From Neocallimastix sp. 'constans' (taxonomy: Eukaryota): DNA of 64,000 bases. Where the stretch lies: NCBI GenBank assembly GCA_050613775.1, contig JBODTK010000012.1:372001-436000 (forward strand), in the 5' to 3' direction. A model generated the notes under the pieces. It did not search any database, had not been told where the DNA came from, and saw nothing but the letters and a program-made list of their open reading frames with translations. The position numbers and the translations under genes were made by a program. How positions within the stretch are numbered: the first letter of the stretch is position 1; the number at the start of each line of letters is the position of its first letter. This document shows, one piece after another, positions 61,618-64,000 of the stretch.

Positions 61618-64000
61618 TCACTTTGGAGTTTGAACTTGTGATGGTGGAAGTGAAGGTGGTGGAGTTGGAGTTTGAGTTGGTACCATAGTAGAATTGGTAT
61701 TGGCTACTTCAAGGTTAGCTGCTGTTTTAACGTCAGTCTTATTAACATTAGTAGAAGTTTCAACCTTTTGATCTTCTTCCTTCTTTTCTTCTACCGATTT
61801 AACTTCTTCATTAGTAGAAACTGCTGAAGTAGTAGTAGTTCCAGTATCAGCTGGAATTGAAGTTGTGGCTGGAGCTTCACTAATATTATTACCTTCTTCT
61901 CCTTCTTTCTTATCTTCAATAGTCATATTTTGAAGTTGAGCAATAGTTTGTTCATTCATATTACTTGGACTAACAATATTAATATTGAAAGCTTGGTAAG
62001 CCTTCATAGTAGTTAAAGAGGATACTGCACACATCCAAATACGAGTTTTATAAACCTTGAAAAGATCACGTACTAATTCACGGAAATCAATACGTCTTTC
62101 AGAAACAAAATAGAAAGTTAACTTTCTTCTATCCCATTGATATTCAGCATCAACAACTTCCATTGGCATATTTCTTTGTCTAACCTTTTGTTGACAGAGA
62201 AGCATAGAACTGTTTTCATCTGTATTCTTTTGAACTAACATATTAACTTCAGCTGGTTGAGCCATACGATAAATACGCTTTGGATGAATATCTTTTGGGA
62301 ATTGTAAATTTTCTTCATTCACCTTTCCTTCATCACCTTCAGTAGTTGTAATAGTTGCATCGGTCTTTTCATCACCTGTTTTTTCCTTATTATCTTCCTT
62401 TTTATCTTCTTCCTTTGTAATAGATTCTTTACCATCTTCGGCGGAGGTAGTATTAGCCTCATCTTTTTTGACTTCATCTTCAGCAGTTTTTTCTTTACTA
62501 TCAGTAGTGGTTTTATCTGATGTTTTGTCTCCTTCAGTAGTACCAGTAGCACTGGCATCTCCAGCACCTTCTGATTTTGGCCAAGTAATAGGAATATTTG
62601 GAACATTATTATTATTCATATCATCATCAATAATTAAGTGACGTGGATTACCACGTTCAGCATGATAGGCAACTAATTGAGCTAAATTCTTAATATTGTT
62701 AACAATAACTTTACCAAGATCCTTACCACGATCAGCTTCAACAATAACCAAATCACCAATTTTTATAGTTAAACCACTATTTTCTGGAACATAGAAGTAA
62801 TCGGTACGACCAGCCTTGAATTCAATGACATAAAGTGGCCAATGGTAAACATTTTGTTGCATTTGATGTAAATTCTTACCAGCTTCAACCCATGCACGAG
62901 TTCTGTATTCAGTATTTTCAAAGTAATCATTAATGTCATTAATATACATATTATCACTATTCATCATCATACCATGACCACGGTTGTAATGTTGCATCAT
63001 CATCATATCATTCATACCATTATTATTCATTCCCATGTTCATACCAATATTCATACCCATTGGCATATTCTGATACATTCCTGGCATCATATTATTCATA
63101 CTCATACCACTATTTCTTCTCATATTAAATTGTTGTTGCATCATAAAGTCCATATCATTATTACCATTAAAGTTTTGATCAAAAGTTGGAGTATACATTG
63201 GTTGATTCATACCATTTTGATTACCATTATATATATTATTATTAAAGAAACGATTTCTTCTCTGTTGTTGACTATTTTGGACTTGTGCCATTCTATTGTT
63301 ACCATTCATACCTTGAGGTAAAAAGTCATTTGGACCATTAGGTTGCATCATACTACTATTCATTGCACCTAAAGCTTGTGGTTGTATTTGGTTTGGTTGT
63401 GGTGGTTGTGTTTGTGCTTGCTGAGATTGTTGACCATTCATATTCATGCCTGGCATAAAGTTATTTTGAGTAGAAAATACCTGATCATTGCTACTCAACG
63501 GACCAGTTGATGTACTAACATTATTAGTATTCCATAATGGGTAAACAGGTTGTGTATTTGAACGTTTATGAGCAAGTGCTTGATTTTCTGTGGTACTACG
63601 GAATGGCGATGAAGTGGTACTAGTAATACCAGTATTATTAGTCCATTGATTAGAAAGTATATTTACATTATTCATGCCAGTAGTGGTATTAGAATCAGCT
63701 ATAGTAGATGGTATATTCATATTAGAAAACATTAATTTATTTTGTTGTTGTTGAGTAAGTAATGAAGAATTATTATTAAGAGTAGATGGAGGAAGAGTGG
63801 TTGTCGGTGTAGTTAATAAAGAAGATGTATTTATGGTGGAGGATTCATTTGTTGAAAACATAAATCCATTATTGTTATTCAATTGAGAAGTTGGAGTAAC
63901 AGAAGAAGTTGTCATAATAGACGATAAACCATTACCATTACTATTACCACTTTGTAATGGAGATAAAAGAGTACTTTTAGATTGTAAATCAGTAGTGGAA
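61618..64000 (-). CDS. PSP1 C-terminal-domain protein (yeast Psp1 / bacterial YaaT-RicT-like domain), 5' end outside the window
   Basis: Motifs LYVIEFKAGRTDYFY, GDLVIVEADRGKDLGKV, PKRIYRMA and MEVVDAEYQWDRRKLTFYF..RRIDFRELVRDLFKVYKTRIWM. The frame stays open from the ATG at 63915 to the window edge. Confidence 0.9.
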   Translation of the reverse strand, partial: STTDLQSKSTLLSPLQSGNSNGNGLSSIMTTSSVTPTSQLNNNNGFMFSTNESSTINTSSLLTTPTTTLPPSTLNNNSSLLTQQQQNKLMFSNMNIPSTIADSNTTTGMNNVNILSNQWTNNTGITSTTSSPFRSTTENQALAHKRSNTQPVYPLWNTNNVSTSTGPLSSNDQVFSTQNNFMPGMNMNGQQSQQAQTQPPQPNQIQPQALGAMNSSMMQPNGPNDFLPQGMNGNNRMAQVQNSQQQRRNRFFNNNIYNGNQNGMNQPMYTPTFDQNFNGNNDMDFMMQQQFNMRRNSGMSMNNMMPGMYQNMPMGMNIGMNMGMNNNGMNDMMMMQHYNRGHGMMMNSDNMYINDINDYFENTEYRTRAWVEAGKNLHQMQQNVYHWPLYVIEFKAGRTDYFYVPENSGLTIKIGDLVIVEADRGKDLGKVIVNNIKNLAQLVAYHAERGNPRHLIIDDDMNNNNVPNIPITWPKSEGAGDASATGTTEGDKTSDKTTTDSKEKTAEDEVKKDEANTTSAEDGKESITKEEDKKEDNKEKTGDEKTDATITTTEGDEGKVNEENLQFPKDIHPKRIYRMAQPAEVNMLVQKNTDENSSMLLCQQKVRQRNMPMEVVDAEYQWDRRKLTFYFVSERRIDFRELVRDLFKVYKTRIWMCAVSSLTTMKAYQAFNINIVSPSNMNEQTIAQLQNMTIEDKKEGEEGNNISEAPATTSIPADTGTTTTSAVSTNEEVKSVEEKKEEDQKVETSTNVNKTDVKTAANLEVANTNSTMVPTQTPTPPPSLPPSQVQTPK

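Noticed and set aside
62974..63321. His/Ile-rich + strand ORF
   Set aside because: Antisense of the Met/Asn-rich segment of the PSP1-domain gene.

Overview
Extremely AT-rich eukaryotic DNA with long homopolymer and microsatellite tracts and GT-AG introns. With the rumen-type GH11 xylanase, this points to an anaerobic gut fungus (Neocallimastigomycota; inference). The left half (about 5-28 kb) is a mostly intronless carbohydrate-use neighbourhood: a secreted GH11-GH11-GH11-CE4 enzyme, a Cys-rich type I membrane protein, a bacterial-looking 165-aa membrane protein and four near-identical MFS sugar porters. The right half holds a Pho80/Pcl-like cyclin, KRR1 (8 exons), a 17-exon TKL-like kinase with a C-terminal C1 domain, an N-anchored FFAT-motif protein and a PSP1-domain protein cut off by the window edge. 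The most unusual element is a GC-rich island at 34418-34859 (- strand). It consists of a tRNA-shaped leader (intact A/B boxes, encoded CCA, non-functional anticodon arm) fused directly to a ~365-nt highly structured RNA that ends at a T13 Pol III terminator. I cannot assign this RNA to a known family. All gene models were assembled by hand; no database search was run.
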